Assembly: GCF_006345805.1 (NCBI RefSeq)
Contig: NC_043026.1
Location: forward strand, 6,386,001-6,450,000
Reading direction: 5' to 3'
Length of the DNA stretch: 64,000 nucleotides
From: Octopus sinensis
Lineage: Eukaryota
How positions within the stretch are numbered: the stretch's first letter is position 1; each line of letters starts with the position of its first letter. Below the pieces are notes generated by a model. That model had not been told where the DNA came from. It did no database searches and saw only the letters and a program-made list of their open reading frames with translations. Shown here in pieces: positions 60,001-64,000 of the stretch. The translations under genes were made by a program, and so were the position numbers.

Positions 60001-61943
60001 CTCTCAGGACAGCCTGCTGTGCTAACCTTGGATCGTAGGGTGACCCGCTGTTCTTGAGGAGACCTATTGAGTCAAGTACGTTAACACCAACAACAAAATG
60101 AAAATCAAATGGAAATTGTAGTTGTGACACCCATGCTGGTGATATGTAAAAGCACTAACCGATTGTGGACGTTTGCCAGCCCTCTCTGGCCCCTGTGCCG
60201 GTGGCATATAAAAAGCACTCACTACACTCTCACAGTGGTTGGCGTTAGGAAGGGCATCCAGCTGTAGAAACACTGCAGACCAGACTGGAGCCTGGTGCAG
60301 CCTTCTGGATTCCCAGACTCCGGTCAAACCATCCAACTCATGCTAGCATGGAGAACGGACGTTAAATGATGATGATGATGAAGTACACATTTGTCCTTAA
60401 ATACTGTTTGTACACGATGCCACACTCACTAACCTGACCCTGGTGTGTTCACTGTTTCAGTACTTAATTCTCCTGAATCCTGGGAACTTTGTGTATCAAG
60501 TGTCTGAGCACCTTTCCAGAGTTTGGCTTCATGGCGGTAATGACCGAGATCTTTGACATTATGTCATGCTTGAGAAGAAGATCCATGAAGCCAAGTAAAA
60601 TTGCAGTCGTGGCAGATACTGCTTCCATGTCATTCAATAATCGACCCAGAAAAGGATGAAAGGCATAGTCGACCTCAGTGGAATTTGAACTCAGAACGTA
60701 GCGGCCGACGAAATACCTATTTCTTTATTACCCACAAGGGGCTAAATACAGAGAGGACAAACAAGGACAGACAAACGGATTAAGCCGATTATATCGACCC
60801 CAGTGCGTAACTGGTACTTATTTAATCGACCCCCCCCCCCGAAAGGATGAAAGGCAAAGTCGACCTCAGCAGAATTTGAACTCAGAACGTAACAGCAGAC
60901 GAAATACCTAATTCTTTACTACCCACAAGGGGCTAAATACAGAGAGGACAAACAAGGAGAGACAAACGGATTAAGTCGATTATATCAAGTGCGTAACTGG
61001 TACTTATTTAATCGACCCCCCCCCCCCCCCGAAAGGATGAAAGGCAAAGTCGACCTCGGCGGAATTTGAACTCAGAATGTAATAGCAGACAAAATACCGC
61101 TAAGCATTTTGCCTGGCGTGCTAACGTTTCTGCCAGCTTGCCGCCTGGCAGTACCCTTATGGCCACAACCTTTAGCACGTGTAGTACCCTTAACGTAGTT
61201 CTCAGATTCGACGTGACAGAGTGTGTGATAAGACTGGTCCAACTCATTTTCGCCGGCTGAGTGGACGGCACCAGTGTGGAATAAACTTTGGTTGTTGACC
61301 ACCAGATCAATGATGTTTTCTTTCCTTTGACAAACACCAGAAATTACCGAAGGACATTTGCAGCTGTGTTGATTCAGCAATAGTCTAACACCCGATTGAT
61401 ATTGATTGGATTGGTATTGACGTTCGTGTGGTGGTCACGATGGTGGTGGTGGTGGTAGTTGTTGTTGGTGATGTGTAGTGTAGGTGGTAGTGGTGGTGAT
61501 GGTGGTGGTGGTGGTAGTTGTTGGTGGTGATGTGTAGTGTAGGTGGTGTGCTGGTGATATTGGTGGTGGTGGTAGTTGTTGGTGGTGATGTGTGGTGTAG
61601 GTGGTAGTGGTGGTGTGCTGGTGATATTGGTGGTGGTGGTAGTTGTTGGTGGTGATGTGTGGTGTAGGTGGTAGTGGTGGTGATGGTGATGGTGGTGTGC
61701 TGGTGATATTGGTGGTGGTGGTAGTTGTTGGTGGTGATGTGTAGTATAGGTGGTGATGGTGGTGTGCTGGTGATATTGGTGGTGGTGGTAGTTGTTGGTG
61801 GTGATGTATAGTGTAGGTGGTAGTGGTGGTGATGGTGGTGTGGTGGTGGTAGTAGTTGTTGTTGGTGATGTGTGGTGTAGGTGGTAGTGGTGTGCTGGAG
61901 ATATTGGTGGTGGTGGTAGTAGTTGTTAGTGGTAGTAGTAGTG

Positions 61944-62620
61944 CCCTCATTAGCTCATACATACATAGATAAGACAGTAGGGTGTGATTTGAGGGAGATT
62001 TGGCTGCTATTTCTACCATGTCATCCTACCATGTAGGGGTCACCCTCATTGGCTCATACATACATAGATAAGACAGTAGGGTGTGATTTGAGGGAGATTT
62101 GGCTGCTATTTCTACCATGTCATCCTACCATGTAGGGGTCACCCTCATTGGCTCATACATACATAGATAAGACAGTAGGGTGTGATTTGAGGGAGATTTG
62201 GCTGCTATTTCTACCAGGTCTAGCTACCATGTAGAGGTCACCCTCATTGGCTCTTACATACATACATAGATAAGAGAGTAGGGTGTGATCTGAGGAAGAT
62301 TTGGCTGCTATTTCTACCAGGTCTAGCTACCATGTAGAGGTCTCCCTCATTGGCTCATACATACATATATACATAGATAAGACAGTAGGGTGTGATTTGA
62401 GGGAGATTTGGCTGCTATTTCTACCAGGTCTAGCTGCCATGTAGAGGTCTCCCTAATTGGCTCATACATACATATATACATAGATAAGACAGCAGGGTGT
62501 GATCTGAGGAAAATTTGGCTGCTATTTCTACCAGGTCATCCTACCAAGTAGGGGTCACCCTCATTGGTTCATACAGACATATACACATAAGTGAGATTTG
62601 ACTGCTATTTCTACCATATC
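61944..62620. repeat. ~100-bp tandem array, 6-7 copies
   Basis: Repeated ccctcattggctcatacatacatagataagacagtagggtgtgatttgagggagatttggctgctatttctacc. Confidence 0.9.
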
Positions 62621-63046
62621 AAGCAACCTTGTTGAAGCCACTCCCTGTATTCCTCTTCAGCCTCCACTGCTCCATTAGTTTGTGTGGATCATAGAAACCA
62701 TTATACATCTTCTGTGTTTATATAATTACATGTCAAAAACCAAGGCCTTGTACAAACAATGACAGTTGGTGAATGGGTGCCACGGAAACTTTGAATAATA
62801 CCCACGAGTCAGGGATTGGTTTCTGGTTTTGGTATTTATAGAACAAGGTTAACGGTTTCCTCATTGCTGTATTTCTTTCCGAGATGCTCTGTGTTTCTTT
62901 CAATTGATTTTAAATACAACAAAGAGTTTAATAAAATAACTTTTAAATATAACAAAGAATTTAGTAAAATAACTTTGGGATGTGTGTGTTGTAGGTTGCT
63001 TGAAGCATTGGAATATTAAAGAAGATAAACAGAGAGTTTTATAAAA

Positions 63047-63082
63047 TCTTTATATTTCGGGCAAAGGCCCATCTTCAGAAGA
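63047..63082 (-). ncRNA. Minimal type I hammerhead ribozyme motif
   Basis: Minus strand: UCUU-CUGAAGA-U-GGGC(CUUU)GCCC-GAA-AUAU-A|AAGA; stems I and II fully paired. Confidence 0.8.
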
Positions 63083-64000
63083 AAGAATAGTCTGAGAAAA
63101 GTCCAGTTATGTACCATATTTCTGTTGAGATGCTCTGTGTTTCTTTCAATTAATTTTAAATATAACAAAGAATTTAATAAAATAACTTCATTATCATTCA
63201 GCTAGTGTTAGGAACATAAATTGTGACTAAGGTTTGGTGGAGAGATTTTAATTCAAAACTTATTAAAACAAGACATTTGTACTCAGAGCCGGTTTCAGCT
63301 GGGTTGGTAACAAAAGGGTTAAACACAATTCTACATTTGGGCAGATGCACATTAGAAGCAGTTGGGAGGGTATGGATTGAAGGAAATTTATGCTATTATT
63401 TCTAGCATATAGAGTGACCACATTGAGGTCTCTTTCTCTGATGTCTTCTGCTGATTATTTTTCTTCTTAACCCTTTCGTTACCATATTTATTTCGAGATG
63501 CTCTGTGTTTCTTTCAATTAATCTTAAATATAACAAAGAATTTAGTAAAATGACTTCGTTATCATTAAGCTAGTGTTAGGAACATAAATTGTGACTAAAG
63601 TTTGGTGGAAGATTTTAATTCAAAACTTATGAAAACAAGACATTTGTACAACAGAGCCAGAGGTGGTTTCAGCCGGGTTGGTAATGAAAGGGTTAAGGAA
63701 TAAGGAAAAGGGTCGCATTAGGATGGTCACAGCTGGAACATCTTTGATCTCCGGTCAATAATAAGGAAGGACACATTTGAGAATGTAGTCCTAGATAAAC
63801 TGTATAAACTGTCCTAGATAAACTGTATAAAAGACAGGATGGTCACAGGTGGAATATCTTTGATCTCAGGTCTGTTGGATCAGGACTGACCTGGGGTTAA
63901 ACAACAACAATAACAAAGAAGGACACATTAAAAAGTATAGTCCTAGATACACTATGCCTGAATGAAAGAAAGGATGATCATAGCTGGAACATCTTTGATC

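Overview
Repeat-dense animal genomic DNA. The SINE families, AT/AC microsatellite load and intron scale point to an octopus-like cephalopod (inference). The one clearly identifiable gene is a 17-coding-exon carnitine O-palmitoyltransferase 1 (CPT1-like, + strand, 7239..41885, ~769 aa). I reconstructed it by hand: all introns are GT-AG and the phases are consistent, except for one apparent 1-nt deletion in exon 15. A possible first exon of a divergently transcribed gene lies at 122..194 (-). The rest is SINEs, LINE fragments (CR1, RTE, R4/Dong-like), mariner, hAT and piggyBac-type elements, Helitrons, satellites and microsatellites; almost all ORFs in the supplied track are microsatellite or SINE artefacts. 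The main unexplained structure is a set of about 11 readable minimal type-I hammerhead-ribozyme motifs (stem I - CUGANGA - stem II - GAAA - palindromic stem III - NUH) from about 9 unrelated short elements. Many sit in or next to (TA)n tracts and several are arranged as inverted repeats. One family carries a compensatory G3-C8 core. A Penelope-type GIY-YIG endonuclease relic is in the same window. All folds were read by eye and activity is untested.
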